Counted from the stretch's first letter, positions 43,645-57,412 are shown. The stretch is DNA of 64,000 bases from an uncultured Acidobacteriota bacterium (GCA_963762925.1 CAVXMP010000003.1:38174-102173); one strand, 5' to 3'. Numbers and translations: made by a program. The notes: a model not told the origin generated them from the letters alone.

Positions 43645-46613
43645 TTAGAACCGGTACGCGATATCCAGCTGATACGCTCGAGACGTCTGCTGGTTGTCCT
43701 GCACCTGATAGAACGTGGGGTTGTACGACAGGTTCGCACCCGAACGGTGCCACTCGGTATAGCGACCCGCGTTCATCAGGTTGAAGATGTTCGCGCCCAA
43801 TTGGACATGCTGATTGTGGGGCAACTGGATTCGGTAGCCAACCTTCATGTTGATGGTGTGAACGTAGGGCAGCAATGCCTGGCCCTCGCCGCGTGTCGGA
43901 TAGAGGAACCGGATGCGCGTCGCCAGCGGGTTGGCGAATCTCGCGCCGGTCTGAGCGTTGACGACGTTCGCGGGGCCGAAGCGGGTCACGTCCGGGGAAT
44001 TCGCCGGCAGCTGCTGGAGCACGGGGCCCGTCCACGGGCCGCCCACCGCTGTGTAGCTCCCCGACACGATGACGCCTTTCGGCGCGTTCCATGTGCCCGC
44101 CAGGCGGAATGAGCCTGGCGTCCAGGTTGGTGTGTTCCGCAGCGTATTACCCGTCGCGAGGCTGTTGTGATCGACGGGGTCCTGCTGCCGCCAGATGGTC
44201 TTGTCGTTCGCGAACGCATCCGGCTGAATGAACCGCGCCGGATCGGTCGGATTCCACGTGCCGTCCTGGTGCTGCCACTGCTTCTGCCAGCTTGCCATCG
44301 CCTGGAACCCGCGCGACATGTTCTTGGCGACGGTGACCATCACGCCCCGATACTTGGCTGCCGACCACGACATGTTCGTCAGCCGGAAGATCTGACCCGA
44401 GTTCGGATCGACCCGCCCGAACCCGCCGAACGGCTGACCTGCCGCATCCGGCCAGAACCCGTTGATCTCGACTTGCCCGTACTGGTCCCGGTAGGCTTTC
44501 GAGGTCACCGAGACGTCCAGGCTCATATCAAGCGGAAACTGCCGTTGATAGCCCACGACGTACTCGTCGATGAACGGCTGGTGGAAGTCCGGGTCGAACC
44601 GCAGCGTCTCGACCCTCAGGGGAATCGCTGGTACCGGGTCCTGCGCGTCGAAGATGCCATCGCCGTTGAGATCGTACGTGGTCAGCGACGACGAGCCGGG
44701 AGGCGTGCCGAAGCTCGCGACCGCGTCGCGGCCGCCCATCAACTGCCTGTGCACGCGCGCGAAGCTCGCCCGCACGACGTTCTTCGCGTCGCTCGTGATC
44801 AGGAACGTTCCGCCCACGCGCGGGGCGACCTCGACGCTGTTCTGCACCGCGAAATCGCGCAGCCGGTCGAAGCGTTCCACAAAGTCTGCGCGGAGACCGA
44901 TCGTCGCCGTCAGCCGCGGGATCGGGCCGCCAGGTGTCCTGGATGTAAACGCCGTAATCGTGGTCCCGCCCCGACTGGTTGACGTGCGTCAGCGCGCTGG
45001 TCCGGTACGTTCGCGCGAAGGGGATGACTGGCGAATTGAGGTTGTTCGGATCGGTCAGCCGGCGCTCCTCGGAGATGAACCCGTCGTTCAGCGCGGTGCT
45101 CACGCCCTCATACTCGTTCGCGGGCATGAGCAGGTAAGCCGGTCTGGAACTCGTGGGTTCCAACCCAACCCTGCTTGAACCAGGTGAGATCGCCGCGGAT
45201 CATGGCGTAGCTGGATTTTTCCAGGACGATCGTGCCGTATCCGCCCCCATTGAGCAGCGCGCCGGAGCCGGTGAGAAAGCCCGCGGTGTTTTGATCGGCG
45301 GTGCGGTGAATGGCGAACGTCGGCCCGAGCTCCATCAATTCCTGTTCGTAGCTGTCGATATCGTTGCCGCGCTTGTTGTTGTAGTTGACACGGCGAATTT
45401 GGTCGTGATGTTCGAGCTCCAGACGGACTGCAGCGAAATCCCATACATCCCGCCCCCACGTCGGTCCGCGTGATGCGCTCGCTGTCGTTTGACCGGACGG
45501 ACTTCTGTCGCATCCGGTCGTACTGGATCACGCCGGCCAGCTCGTGATTCGACGCAATCTTTGTCGTCACCTTGGCGAACGGCTGCTGCGAATACAACTC
45601 GTTGAGCAAGTCGTCGGGATTGACGTCTGGACGGAAGGCCTGAAACGACTGGATGTCCAGCGGCGAGCGGTCCACCGTCGAGTCGATCAGGGCGGTCCGG
45701 TGGGCGCCGAAGAACCAGGTCCGATCCTTCATGATCGGTCCGCCGAAGGAGAAGTCGGCCTGTCGGACTCTGCGCGTGCCGGCGGTCCCGGAGACGCCTT
45801 CGCGCGTTCGATGGAGTTGTCGTCGTTCCACGCGAACGGCTGCGCGGTATAGGCTGTCGAACCCGAGAACGTGTTGCCGCCGCTCTTGGCCGCCATGTTG
45901 ATGACCAGGCCATAGCCCATCGGCGCCGACGCGTCCACGCCTCCGAGCTTGACGTTCGTGTCCGCAATCGCCTCGCCGCTGAGACCTGTCCGATTCACGT
46001 TCATGTCCCAGTAGTTGGCGGCCATCATGCCGTCCATCAGCGTGACGTGTTCGCGGTGCTCCACGCCCTGGGCGTAGTAGTTCTGCCGGCCGCTCCCATC
46101 GTTGTGCGGCCGCGACAGCACGCCAGGCGTCATCTGCAGGAAATCGGTCCAAAAGGCGCCTTCGGTGAGCGGCAAGGCTTTCTGGAACTGGGCGTCGATG
46201 TTCATCGAGGTCGTCGACGTCGAGACTTCGACCATGGGTGACGCGCCCGACACGGTCACCGATTCCTGGAACGACCCGAGCTTCAGGGCCATGTCCTGCA
46301 CCTGGAAGTTGGCGCCGGCCCGCAGCAGAATGCCCTCGAGGTTGAAGACCGCAAACCCCGTCAGTTCCGCAGTCAGGGTGTAGGTGCCGGGAGGAAGATT
46401 GGTGATGCGAAATTCTCCGCTCGCATCGGTGAGCCCCACTCCGGGCGTCAGCGCCTGTGGGCTTCGGGCCGTGACCGTGACGCCGGGGAGCGCGCCGCCT
46501 TGCTCGTCTCTGACGGTGCCGCGCAGGCTGCCGTTAGCGGTCTGCGCCGCCGCCTCCGCGACCACGGCAAGCATCCACAGAGCGACCAGAATCGCCGCCG
46601 TCTTTGTCATCAT
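43645..46613 (-). pseudogene. TonB-dependent receptor-type outer-membrane protein with carboxypeptidase-regulatory-like N-terminal domain; at least 4 frame breaks
   Basis: MMTKTAAILVALWMLAVVAEAAAQ signal. GSLRGTVRDEQGGALPGVTVTARSP...DASGEFRITNLPPGTYTLTAELTGF. Barrel pieces in ORFs 45729-46613, 45100-46152, 45108-45338, 44528-45163 and 43645-44880. Ends AYQLDIAYRF. Confidence 0.75.
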
Positions 46614-46714
46614 TGGCCCCCTTCACGAAACGAGTTGTTCTCGCCCGAAATTCCACCTCTGGAAAAAGAGTGCCGCGCGAAGTCATAGGGCCATCGATCG
46701 CAGATGGCGTGGGT

Positions 46715-46743
46715 AGCCTAGTCCCGTCCGGAAACGCTGTCAA
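46715..46743 (-). promoter_or_regulatory. candidate sigma-70 promoter for the 43645-46613 outer-membrane protein gene
   Basis: Minus strand TTGACA-gcgtttccggacgggac(17)-TAGGCT, about 100 nt upstream of the ATG at 46613. Confidence 0.4.
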
Positions 46744-47492
46744 CAAGCTCGGCGTTGGCTCCGTGCGCGCTTTCCCTGAGCATCGCGCGGTTCGTGAACC
46801 AGGATGCCGGCCGGAAGTGTCGCAAACAGAATTCATACGAAAGTTACATGATTTCCTTCGAGCCGACGTGTACAATCCGCGGGCAGGGCGCCTTTCCGCC
46901 TTCGATGATTGCGGGCGTCGGTTCGCCCATTCTTTGCAGGTGCACCGCTGTTTTGCCTTACATGTCGGCGATAGCCGCTTTCGTTTTCTCATCGATGGTC
47001 GGAGCCCTGGTTCGTCCTTGGGCACGCCACGCGCTGGACCGTGCGCGGTTGAGCAGGGGGCTTGGCACTCTGGACCTTGGCCTTGGCCTTGGCGCAACCG
47101 CGAGCCCCCTGTCAGAGCACAGACGCTCACGGCGACGACGGGAGCCGTCAACGGGGTGTCACCGGCCGCAGCAAGCGTCCTCAGGTAAGCGGCTCGCTCA
47201 GCGATTTCGTAAGTGTATCGGACGGCCTTGTAAGGTAATGGGATGGCAAATATATGCTTCAGGTGGTCGGCGAGGACGCAGTCGACCATCTGAGCGCGGC
47301 GAACGACGCAGCGTTGGTCCGTCACAGTCGGGGACCCGTTTCGCGCACGTTCGTGCAAACACTCAATTACGGGACCGCGATGACCAAGGCCGAGCCGTTC
47401 GTGTATGCGGCCCAGCTGACCACCACGCCCGGCAGATCGTGGCTGCGGCCAACGGCGATCACCGGACCGCGCATTCTTCGCATCGGAGGCGG

Positions 47493-50152
47493 ATGGGACT
47501 GGTAACAACGGCTGTGGCTCGACGTTCCCTGCTGGCGGGGCTTCTAGCAGCCGGCGTGTGCCTGGTGGGTGGAATCGTGCTGTCCGCGGCCGCCACGACG
47601 AAGAGTGTGCTGATTCTTGCCGAAGGGCCCGTTCTGCCCTACGGCGCCGTGCTGCGCGAGACCCTCATCGCGGGGCTACAGCCGGACGGCGCGGAGCCGC
47701 TGAACATCTACGAGGAGTTGATCGATCGCACCCGGTTTGACAGCGCTGAGTACGATCGGCAACTCGTCGCGTTGTATAAGTCCAAGTACGTCCACGCCGC
47801 GGCTCCCGACATCATCATCACGCTCACGGAGCCAGCGCTCGATTTCGCGCTGCGGCATCGAAAAGAAGTATTCCCTCACGCCGCGCTGCTGTTTGGCGCC
47901 GTGGACGAACGCGCGATTGGCAACCGCAGTCTCGGCCGCAACGTCACGGGAGTGTTCAGCCACTACGACGTGCGCGCCACAGTGGAGGCCGCGCTCAAGC
48001 TACATCCCGCGACGCGTCGTGTCGTCGTTGTTGGAGGAACCTCGCGTCTCGACCGCGGGTATATCGAAGTCGCCCGGGAGGACATGCGTGACCTCGCGTC
48101 GGCGGCCGCCATCACGTACATCACCGACAAATCGTTGAACGACGTGCTGGCGACTGTGGCAGGCCTCCGCGATGACGCACTCGTGGTGTTTCTCAGCATG
48201 CAGTCCGACGGCGATGGCGTGGCGAGAACAGGGCCGGAGGTCCTTGCGGCGTTGCGGCGCGTGGCGACGGTCCCGATCTACGGTATGTCGGGCCACTTCC
48301 TCGGCAATGGCATCGTCGGCGGTGTGCTGTTCGACATGCGCACTCATGCGCCTGACTTGGCTGCGCGCGCGCGCCAGATCCTGTCCGGCGTTCCGGCGTC
48401 CGCACTCGTGCCGACGCGGTCGGCGAACACGCTCGCCTTCGATTGGCGCGAACTGAAACGCTTCGGCGTCGATGACGGACGGCTTCCGGCGGGCACGACG
48501 GTCATCAACCGCGATCCGGGTGTTTGGGACGTGTACAAGCGGACCATTCTCGGGGCTGCTGCAGTGCTGGTCGGTCAGTCCTTGTTGATCGGTGGCCTTC
48601 TCGTCCAGGGCCGACGGCGCCGGCGCGCCGAGCTCGCCCTCCGCGAGCGCCAAGAAGCGCTAGTTCAAAGCGAGGCGCGCTGCCTGGCCATCCTGCGCGC
48701 CGTGCCGGATGTCATGTTCCTGCAGACGGTGGATGGGGTCTATCTGAGCTATCACGCCTCCGATCCACGCCTGCTGCTCGCCGCTCCTGAGCAGTTCCTC
48801 GGCAAAAACATGCGCGAGGTGTTGCCGCCCGGTCTGCTCCGCATCATCGAGCCGGCGTTTGCGCAGGTCGCCGACGCGACCGAGCCTGTTGTCGTCAAGT
48901 ACGACCTCGACACGCCTCACGGGAAGAGGGCATTCGAGGCGCGCCTCGTGCGTAGCTACGACCGCCAGATCCTCACGTTGGTGCGTGATATCACCGAGAG
49001 CAAACACGCCGAGGATTCTCTTCGCATCAGCGGAGAACGTTACGCACTCGCGACGATGGCTGGCGGTGTCGGCATCTGGGATTGGAACCTCGAAACCAAT
49101 GAGATCTACGTGGATCCCACGCTCAAGTCGATCCTGGGGTTCGACGAGGCGCGACCCACAGTCAGCGCACAGGAGTGGGGCACCAGAGTCCACGTCGAGG
49201 ACCTCCCGACCGTGACGGCACAGACGCAGGCGTGCATCGAAGGCGGGATTAATGAGTACAAAGCCGAGCATCGGATGATCCACACGGATGGCAGCGTGCG
49301 CTGGTTTCTCTCGCGTGGATCGTTAATGCGGCGAGCGGATGGCACGCCGCACCGCATGTTCGGGACCAAGGTGGACATCACCGAACGGAAGCGCGCCGAA
49401 GCAGGCGATGCGCGAAAACGAGGCCGTCTTGGAGGCCAACAACCGGCAGATTCGTGATCTGGCGGGGCGGCTGATCGCGTCGCAGGAAATCGAGCGCGCG
49501 CGGCATCGCGCGCGATCTGCACGACGACCTCAGTCAGCAGATCGCCGGCCTGTCGATCGCGCTCAGCGCGGTCAACCGCCGGGTAGGCGGCGTTGCCGGG
49601 CGGCGCCGATCTCCAACGCGATGTCTCGTCGCTCCAGCTGCGTACGGTCGCGCTCGCGGAGAACATCCGGCACCTCTCCCACGACCTGCATCCCAGCGTG
49701 CTCGGGCATGCCGGGCTGGTGGCCGCCTTGGCCGCCTACTGCGCGGAGCTGCAACGGCGCGAGAGCCTCAGGTGACGTTCAGTACCGAAGGCGACTTCCA
49801 GTCCACCGCCGCCGATGTCGCGCTGTGCTTGTATCGGGTTGCGCAGGAAGCGTTGCGCAACGTCGACACGCACGCTGGCGCCCGGCACGCCGATGTGCGC
49901 TGGTGCGCACAACAATCAGGCGGAGCTGAGGATAGCCGATGACGGCAAGGGTTTCGATATCGCCCAGGCGCGGCAGGAGCGCAAAGGCCTGGGCTTGGTC
50001 AGCATCGGCGAGCGCGTCAGGCTGGCGGGTGGAACTGTCAGCATCGTCACAGAATGAACAAAGGGACGCGCGTGCGCGTCCAGGTTCCGAGCGAACGGAG
50101 GTCGCCGGCCAGCGGCGCGGCACAAGCCGCGGGACCGTTCGCCGCAGTCTAA
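47493..50152 (+). pseudogene. sensor histidine kinase (periplasmic ABC-substrate-binding-like domain, TM, two PAS, HisKA_3 + HATPase); at least 6 frame breaks in the last 800 bp
   Basis: GGAGG before MGLVTTAVARRSLLAGLLAAGVCLVGG. PAS regions (RAVPDVMFLQTVDGVYL..., GGVGIWDWNLETNEIYVD...HRMIHTDGSVRWFL). Kinase core spread over frames: ERARIARDLHDDLSQQIAGL, IRHLSHDLHPSVLGHAGLVAAL, LYRVAQEALRNV, LRIADDGKGFD, GLGLVSIGERVRLAGGTVSI, NKGTRVRVQVP. Confidence 0.75.
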
Positions 50153-50172
50153 CGCCCCAGTCGAACGCCACT

Positions 50173-50820
50173 ATGTCCATGTCGACGCGCCGTAACACGG
50201 TCCTCATCGCCGACGACCACGCCATCGTCAAGGAAGGCCTGGTCAGCCTGCTCAAGGAGCACGACTTCGACGTGGTCGGCGCGGTGGGCGACGGGCAGCT
50301 GCTCATCGAGGCGGCCCGGCGGTTGCGACCGGATGTGATCGTCACGGACCTGTCCATGCCGGGCTGGGCGGGCTCGACGTGCTTGCGCTGCTCAAACCGA
50401 GCGCATCGACAGCAAAGTGGTCGTGCTCACGATGCACAACGACGGCGAGAGGGCGACGCAGGCGATGCGTGCAGGCGCCTCCGCGTTTTTGTTGAAGGAG
50501 TCGGCGGGCGAAGAACTGTCAACGCCATTCAGCCAGGCGCTGCAGGGCCGCGTCTACCTCGCGCCGGCGGTAACCAAGGCCGTCATGGAGCGGATGGCGC
50601 GCCCCGGAAGCGGGGCGGCGCCGGAACTCACGCCGCGTCAACTTGACGTGTTACGCCTGAGTCGTCAAGGGACAGCGCATGAAGGAGATCGCCGCCGCCC
50701 TCAAGCTGTCCACGCGAACGGTCGAAACCCACAAGTACGAATTGATGCAGGTCCTCGACGTGCACTCCACGGCCGAACTCGTCAGATATGCCATCGAGCA
50801 TCAGCCTGATCGGCGAGTGA
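50173..50820 (+). pseudogene. NarL/LuxR-family response regulator; at least 4 frame breaks
   Basis: NTVLIADDHAIVKEGLVSLLKEH...PDVIVTDLSMPG (receiver). VVVLTMHNDGERATQAMRAGASAFLLKES. LTPRQLDVLRL / KGQRMKEIAAALKLSTRTVETHKYELMQVLDVHSTAELVRYAIEH (LuxR HTH). The pieces lie in different plus frames. Confidence 0.75.
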
Positions 50821-50833
50821 TCCGACCGCCCAC

Positions 50834-50931
50834 GTTTTTCTCTGTCAGGTGTTCTCCTGATCCTCCCAGTAAGATTTTCCGTTTCAGCTCAGTATCTTTT
50901 TCCGTTCGGTCACCGTATTTCTTCTCTGTCA
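50834..50931. promoter_or_regulatory. nested direct-repeat array in an AT-richer intergenic region (candidate regulator-binding sites)
   Basis: Exact 10-mer TTCTCTGTCA at 50838-50847 and 50922-50931. Exact 9-mer TTTTCCGTT at 50875-50883 and 50898-50906. All four are in the same orientation, just upstream of the receiver gene at 50968. Confidence 0.4.
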
Positions 50932-50967
50932 CGCCCGGCCACGCGTCCTTAGACTCCGCGGTGTCAA

Positions 50968-51396
50968 GTGGACGTGATGAGCCGCCCCCGACTCCTGATC
51001 GCCGAGGACCACGCCGAAACCGCGGAACTGTTGTGCAACCTGTTGCAGTTCGAGTTCGACGTCATCGCACACGTGCAGGACGGACGCGCGCTGGTGTGCG
51101 CGGCCGAACGGCTGTCGCCCGACGTGATCGTCAGCGACATCACGATGCCCGGCATGGACGGGATCGCGGCCGCCACCGTGATCCTGCTCAGGGACCCGGA
51201 GGCTCGCATCATCTTCGTGACGGTGCATGGCGATCCGTGTCTGGTGAAGCGTGTCCTGGCGATCGGTGCGCTGGGGTACGTGCTGAAGGTGGCGGCGGGC
51301 GACGACTTGATACCGGCAGTCCACGCCGCGCTGCGCGGTGAACGGCTCGTCAGCGAAGCGTTGCATATTTCGGGCGAAACTGCGCGTACGCCGTAA
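50968..51396 (+). CDS. single-domain response regulator (CheY-like receiver)
   Basis: Intact ORF. RLLIAEDHAETAELL...PDVIVSDITMPGMDG...IIFVTVHGD...GALGYVLK. Alternative ATG at 50977. Confidence 0.8.
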   Translation: MDVMSRPRLLIAEDHAETAELLCNLLQFEFDVIAHVQDGRALVCAAERLSPDVIVSDITMPGMDGIAAATVILLRDPEARIIFVTVHGDPCLVKRVLAIGALGYVLKVAAGDDLIPAVHAALRGERLVSEALHISGETARTP

Positions 51397-51438
51397 ACGG
51401 CCGTCTGCCGATTACGGACAGCGCATAAGAGGTCGTGT

Positions 51439-53072
<1,634 letters not shown>

Positions 53073-53082
53073 GCGACCCTGA

Positions 53083-53101
53083 GCCGCCCGGTTCGGGCGG
53101 C
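53083..53101 (+). terminator. GC-rich stem-loop 11 nt after the activator stop (possible terminator, no U-tract)
   Basis: GCCGCCC-ggttc-GGGCGGC. Confidence 0.3.
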
Positions 53102-53203
53102 GAACGGGTCATGTCTAATCGATAGTCACGGCCGCTCCGTTGTCACGTCCGAGATTTGCACCGGCGAACCTGATTGGCCGGTAGTGAGTCCTCGAACACG
53201 CCA

Positions 53204-53524
53204 CTAGTGACGCCGGCGCGGCGGAGGCGGTGCGGTTTGCGGCGCGGGGAGCCCGTTCGGTCCCGAGTCGAGTTTCAACTGGATGTAGCCAGGAGTTCCG
53301 ACCAGCATCGCGCCTTTCGCTCGTACCCGCTGGAGCGCTTCAATACCGGCGACGTCCGCGGACACGAGATCACTGAGATCGAGCTCGAGGACGCCGCCTT
53401 CAGCGCAGACCGTAAGCAGCTCCGGCACGTGCGCGACGCTCAGGCGGCCAGCCAGGCGCACCACCCGTCGATCGCCTTCCGTGACAACGCCTATCCAGCA
53501 ATCCACAGCGTCCTCCAGCGCCAA
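53204..53524 (-). CDS. STAS-domain protein (anti-sigma-factor-antagonist-like)
   Basis: 106-aa ORF with TTG start. RVVRLAGRLSVAHVPELLTVCAEGGVLELDLSDLVSADVAGIEALQRV matches the STAS/SpoIIAA layout. Pro-rich tail. Confidence 0.55.
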   Translation of the reverse strand: MALEDAVDCWIGVVTEGDRRVVRLAGRLSVAHVPELLTVCAEGGVLELDLSDLVSADVAGIEALQRVRAKGAMLVGTPGYIQLKLDSGPNGLPAPQTAPPPPRRRH

Positions 53525-54024
53525 ACGCGCCCCCGCTCAGTCATCCGATCGCAACCCCTTGCACGCATCCTCGCGTGTCCGATGGCGTCGGCGCGACCAG
53601 CGCGGATCGTTCGCCGCGTTCGGTTTCGCCGCTTTCGCGGTGAGGCCGTTGCAGGCGTCGTCTGTCAAATTCATCGAAACATGGCATCCGAGTTTCACTG
53701 CGATCCGGTACCAGTCGACTCTTCCCGTTCACGGGTGAAGAATCCAACGTTGCGGCATCGCAAGAATTGGGCCTGCCGTGGTACCAGTCAATGATTCGCT
53801 TGTTGGCCTGAATCAGACCGGTGGCCTATTGGCACTCGACTTCGATCCCGCAGTCCGAAGATCTCATCACCACATGTTGTGAGCCTGGCAGGCGATCCCA
53901 CGGCGGTGTCGCGACGAGTCCTTGTCAAGGAGGATTCTCCGACAATCTTGCGGCGCGCGTCCGATCTGCCGCTGGCGCGCTCCTTGCCAGAGCGGAGTGA
54001 GAACCCATCCCAGGAGGGCCCATC

Positions 54025-54570
54025 TTGAAAATGTTACGTGCAGTTCTCACCGCGACGATATTCCTGCTCCGGCAATCGCCGTCGCGCAGGATGTGAAGAT
54101 CGACTTCGACAAGGCGTTCGATTTCTCGACCGTCAAGACCTACGCGATCAAGATCGGCACGCCGTGGGGTAACAACCTCGGGCGAGCGCCGGGCCCTCGA
54201 AAGAGATGATCAGGAGCATCTCCAGCAAAGGGTGGAAGAAGGTCGACGAAGGCCAGGCGAATATCATCGTTCTGCTCCACGGCGCTACCCAGACCAAACG
54301 CACCGCCAGGACCATGTACACCGGCGGTATGGGCGGGTACGGTTATCGCGGCTACGGCGGCATGGGCATGGGCTCGTCGTCGACCGTGGTCAACGATACA
54401 CGGTGGGCACGCTCGTCGTCGACATGTTCGACGCGAAGACCAAGAATCTCGTGTTCCGCGGCATCGCCGAAGACGAGCTCTCGGACAACCCGGAAAAGAA
54501 CAAGAAAAAGCTCGAGAAGGCGTCGACGAAGATGTTCAAGGAGTTCCCCCCGATGGCCAAAGCAAAATAG
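54025..54570 (+). pseudogene. DUF4136-like secreted/lipoprotein; at least 4 frame breaks
   Basis: GGAGG 7 nt before TTG. (L)KMLRAVLTATIFLL signal. AQDVKIDFDKAFDFSTVKTYAI, MIRSISSKGWKKVDEGQANIIVLLHG, Gly/Tyr-rich GGMGGYGYRGYGGMGMG, TLVVDMFDAKTKNLVFRGIAEDELSDNPEKNKKKLEKASTKMFKEFP. The pieces lie in three frames. Confidence 0.6.
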
Positions 54571-54683
54571 CGCGTGTTGACCGATCCCGAATCCGATGAT
54601 CGGCCACGGCACCGCTCCGAAGCGGGCCGTGTCGTACCGGTATTTGGAGCCGTGGCAGTAAGCGTTGATTGTGGATCGGCCGC

Positions 54684-57412
54684 TCAGGCGTTCCGACCCT
54701 TTACCCCGCCCACCTGTTCCCTCACCAGCCGCTCGCTTATTTCCTCGCGTTCCAACTCGACAACGTCGGCATCGAGACGCCCGAACAGGTCCAGGAGAGC
54801 GGCGATCCCACCCGTCCACCCCGTCTGGTGGCTGGCGCCGAGCCCGGCGCCGTTGTCGCCGTGAAAGAACTCGTAAAAGAGGATCAGGTCGCGCCAGTGC
54901 GGATCGTCCTGGAACATGGCGTCCCGCCGTACACTGGACGCCGGCCGTTGGCGTCGCGCAGGAAGGTGTTCGCCAGCCGGCGCTGAAATTTCCCTGGCCA
55001 CTTCAAACAGCGTCATGTACTTGCCGGACCCGGTCGGACACTGAACCTTGAAGTCCTCCCCGTAGAAGCCGTACAGGTTGAGGAGCGCCCGGATCGAGCA
55101 ACATGTTGACCGGCATCCAGACCGGGCCGCGCCAATTGGAGTTGCCACCGAACATCCCGGTGTTGGATTCGGCGGGCAGGTACTCGAACTTGTATTCCTG
55201 ATGGCCGACATGAAACACAAACGGATGATCGAGGTGATAGCGAGAGAGCGCGCGGATACCGTACGGTCCGAGAAATTCGTTCTCGTCGAGCATGTAGGCG
55301 AGCACCCGCTCGAGCTTTTCCTTGTTGAGGATCGACAACAGACGACGGCCCTTGTAGCCGCTGTAACCATCCTTGGTCGGGACCAGCTGAGTGATCAATT
55401 CCGGATGGCGTTTGCGAAACAACGCGATCAACTCCATGAGTTTCGGGTGACCCTCCACGTGATGGCGCCCGAACACGGTTGACGCGCACAGTGGCAGGAG
55501 ACCGACCATCGACCGCACCTTCAGGCGCATCGCCTGGCCGTCTGGGAGGCGCAGCAGGTCGTAGAAGAAGCCGTCCGGCTTCATCCCACATCTCGTCGTG
55601 ATGGTCGCCTCGACGGTCCATGGCATAAGAAATCCACATGAAATGCTGGACGAACTTGTAGGCGGCCTCTTCGTACACCGCGTCGTGTTCGGCGAGAATC
55701 AGGGCGATCTCCGTCATGCACTGGCAGTAAAACGCCATCCATGCGGTCCCGTCCGCCTGCTCCAACGAGCCGCCGGTTGGGAGTGGCGAGCTGCGGTCGA
55801 AGACGCCGATGTTGTCGAGCCCGAGAAAGCCCCCGGCGAACACGTTGCGGCCCTCAGGATCCTTGCGATTGACCCACCAGTTGAAATTCAACGTCAACCC
55901 GTGAAACGCCTGCTCCAGGAAACGAACGTCGGCCCGGCCGAGTGTGCGCTCCATCTTGTACAGGTAGAGCGTGGCCCAGGCGTGCACCGGCGGATTCACG
56001 TCGCTGAAGTTCCACTCGTACGCGGGGATTTGCCCATTGGGATGGGCATAGAGACTGTTCAGCATCAACAGCAGTTGGTCCTTGGCGAAGTCGAAATCCA
56101 CCAGCGACAGCGACAGCGTGTGAAACGCGAGGTCCCAGGCCGCATACCAGGGATACTCCCACTTGTCCGGCATGGAAATCACATCGCTGTTCAGCATGTG
56201 AAACCATTCCGTATTGCGCGCTCGGGGGCCAGGCGCGTCCTTCAGCGGATGACTCTTGTGCTGCTTGAGCCACTGATCGACATCGAAGAAGTAGAACTGC
56301 TTGCTCCACAGCATCCCGGCGAGGGCCTGACGATGCACACGCCGCTCGTCTTCGGTCAGCGACTTCGGCGAAATCCGATCGTAGAATTCGTCGGCGTCGG
56401 CGATCCGGCGGTCGAAGATATCCTCGAACCCGACAAAGCCAGCATCAGCGCTTTTGCCCGGCGTCAGACGGAGCCGGACGCTCTGGCTTCCGCCGGCCGG
56501 CACGTTGAGCTGATAGTGGGCCGCGGCCTTGGTCCCGACCTTGGCCGGGTTGGCCGCTTCGCTGCGGCCCGAGACGATGCACGCGTGGAACGCGTCTTTG
56601 ACGTACGGGGAGGCATTGGGCTGGCCCCAGAGACGGCCGGCATTGGTCTCATTCTCGGTGAAGAGCAGTTCCGGGGCTCCATCGCACTGCAGCCGGTATT
56701 CGCCCAGCTCGTGATGTGACGCCGCAATAACTCCGGGTCGCACTTCGCGCAGCGAAGGCTTCGACTCATTCCCACCCCACGACCAGGTGTTGCGGAACCA
56801 GAGGGTCGGCAAGACACGAAGCCGGGCCGCTTCAGGCCCGCGATTGTGCACGGTGATGCGGACGAGGATGTCTTCCGGGCCTTCCTTCGGGTACTCGACG
56901 AACACGTCAAAGTAGCGGTCGTTGGCGAAGATACCCGTATCGAGCAGCTCGTACTCGAACTCTTCCCGCGAGCGTCCACGGTTGGTCTCGATGAGATCAC
57001 GATAGGGATATTCCCGTTGCGGGTATTTATAGAGATACTTCATGTACGAGTGGGTCGGCGTACTGTCGATATAGAAGTAGTACTCCTTGACGTCTTCGCC
57101 GTGGTTCCCTTCGCCGTTGGTCAACCCGAACAGGCGCTCTTTCAGGATGGGATCCTTCTCGTTCCATAGGCCCACTGCAAAACAGAGCCGCTGCTTGTCG
57201 TCGCAGAGTCCGCCGAGTCCGTCCTCGCCCCACTGGTAGGCCCGCGACCGAGCGTGATCATGGGTGAAATAGTCCCAGGCGTTGCCGTCGCCGCTGTAGT
57301 CCTCGCGGACCGTTCCCCACTGTCGCTCACTGAGGTAAGGTCCCCATTTCTTCCACGGAATGTGCTTCTCGCGTGCATCGTTCAACCGTGCTTGCTCCGT
57401 GACGTCCTTCAC
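54684..57412 (-). pseudogene. GH63-like glucosidase (MGH1-like glycoside hydrolase, ~905 aa); at least 4 indels including a compensating pair
   Basis: IPWKKWGPYLSERQWGTVREDYS, LFGLTNGEGNHGEDVKEYYFY, YPWYAAWDLAFH, GQIPAYEWNFSDVNPPVHAW (ORF 55013-57412). DGFFYDLLRLPDG...GGNSNWRGPVWMPVN (55003-55626). FHGDNGAGLGASHQTGWTG (54684-55370). Between ~54985 and ~54925 the expected RRLANTFLRDANGRRPVYGGT is in a different frame. Confidence 0.75.

Noticed and set aside
46534-47508. 324-aa minus-strand ORF as a real gene
   Set aside because: It overlaps the N-terminus of the outer-membrane protein gene in another frame. Its translation is Arg/Cys/Gly-rich with no motifs, and it has no RBS. It is treated as non-coding (see the finding for 46744-47492).
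53830-53845. Sigma-54 promoter candidate TGGCAC-tcgac-TTCGA upstream of the DUF4136-like gene. A second candidate, TGGCAT-ccgag-TTTCA, is at 53682.
   Set aside because: The -12 element lacks the conserved GC in the correct register (CG or TC instead). The site is about 180 bp from the start codon. This is too weak to call without a matrix score.
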